This document shows, one piece after another, positions 62,501 to 64,000 of a DNA stretch of 64,000 bases. Origin of the DNA: Convolutriloba macropyga (lineage: Eukaryota); assembly GCF_964194025.1 (NCBI RefSeq), contig NC_134480.1, positions 44,268,001 through 44,332,000 on the forward strand. Direction: 5' to 3'. How positions within the stretch are numbered: position 1 is the first letter of the stretch; each line of letters opens with the position of its first letter. The translations under genes were made by a program, and so were the position numbers. The notes below the pieces were generated by a model. It had not been told where the DNA came from and made no database searches. It saw nothing but the letters and a program-made list of their open reading frames with translations.

Positions 62501-64000
62501 TTTACAGAATTTTAATCTCCAATCTTAAATTCAAATTTCAAAGTTTCAATTTTAGCTCTGATATTCAAGGAACACTACGGAAATTCAAAAGTATGCAATT
62601 GAACCAAAAAAAATATGGAAAACCAAATTGTGAACTTCAGTTTGAAAAAAGGACAAAAATATGAAGCTTTAAACGCGTAAAATTGAAAAACAAAAACGAG
62701 ATAAAAAGCTTTGCCCAGTTTTGTTAAGCAAATAGAGCACTATTAAGCAAAAAGACCAAGTTTTTTTAAGCAAATAGAGATTTATTAAACAAATAGACAA
62801 AAAACGGCTCAATTGATGACTAGGAAATGTTTAATTGATTTATAAAATAATGGACTAGATTGTAAAGAAATTGAGTTTGATTTTTTTTTATGCTTGTTAA
62901 AAATTTCTCCTCTGAATCAAGGACTCTCGACATAATTAAAATTAGTTTTTGGTCTCGGAGTTTTCACGGATTTTCATATTGGATGTGACATCGAATATAC
63001 CAGAAAACCAAAAACGAAATAAACGAGTAAAAAATAAAACTAAGGAAGGATAGAATACTAAAAAATTAAGAAGCAGATCAAGTCAAAATACTTAAAATGT
63101 AGTTGCTTGAAATAAAAAAATTAATTTCTTCATTAAAATTTGTCGGTGATTGATTTTATTGAAAAAAATTTAAAATAATTGCTTTTAAAACAAAAATACA
63201 TAGATAGTTTAGTACTGTCAATTTCCTATTAGTTTTATTTCATTTATGTATCTTTTTTTGTTTTTGTTTTTCTGGACCTCAGAAACAAAAACGAAAAGCT
63301 GACAAAAATACAAATTACAATATTATTCACAACAGCTAGATAGTCATTGTAACAAAAGCTGAAAAACATTTCGGAATGATAATGGGACGTTTTGGTGGCA
63401 AAATAAATTTTCTAAAATCTTCAAAACAAGATGATAATAATGGTATCGTATTCATCGTCAAAAAAGACAATAACAATGAGAAAAGGAATTAAAAATAATA
63501 TTAGGAAGAGAAATTTGCAGCATAAATTATTCGTTTACTTTCGAGAGACAACAGAGAAGAAATTTTCATCAATTAGAAAAACTGATCCATTTTCAAATGA
63601 GGTTTTATTAAAAACAAACTAGCACTGAAAGTAAAATTTTTGCCAACTAATGAATGTTCCCATTCACAGTCCGAAAACAAAAATGATAAATTTTGAAGTT
63701 TTTCTTTACTGCAACTTTTCTGAATAATGAAAAATTTTGCCGTAGCTTCTAGCCTCCTTTTTTTATTTTATTTAAACATTTGGATGAACTTCGCATTAAA
63801 AGTGATAAAAATTAACTAAATTTTTGAGAATTTGAAATTTAGCGAGAACTGCCCATTCAAACGTCCAAACAAACTGTAGATCAAAATAAGATAAGTAATA
63901 CTAACATGATTTTTGTGAAACTAAGCAGCAGTTGATGAAGCATAGGCTCTCTGTTATATTAATCTCCTTATTTTTCTGCATCAAAGTTTACTGATAATCA

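Overview
AT-rich, repeat-dense eukaryotic (animal-like) genomic DNA with spliceosomal introns and two assembly gaps. There is no sign of prokaryotic organisation. Three host genes are supported. Two are 4-exon paralogous class I SAM-dependent methyltransferases of METTL27/WBSCR27 type on the + strand (2740-6207 and 34495-41150, identical intron positions and phases). The third is a single-exon GT31 beta-1,3-glycosyltransferase on the - strand (49867-51078). The rest is mostly mobile DNA and repeats: a full-length but decayed BEL/Pao LTR retrotransposon (10877-18464; 217-bp LTRs, GTTCC TSD, non-canonical TG...TA termini), a decayed Ty3/Gypsy element with an internal RT-RNaseH duplication, a Merlin-like MITE, several CCC-terminus/2-bp-TSD elements, an inverted repeat with ~0.8-kb arms, recent 2.8-kb and 695-bp tandem duplications, and a 6 x 356-bp satellite. 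The most striking signal is that the methyltransferase paralogues are old (synonymous sites near saturation in exons 1, 3, 4) yet share a 162-bp perfectly identical tract confined to the SAM-binding exon 2, which suggests exon-restricted gene conversion. All identity figures are hand counts. Most short ORFs in the track are spurious.
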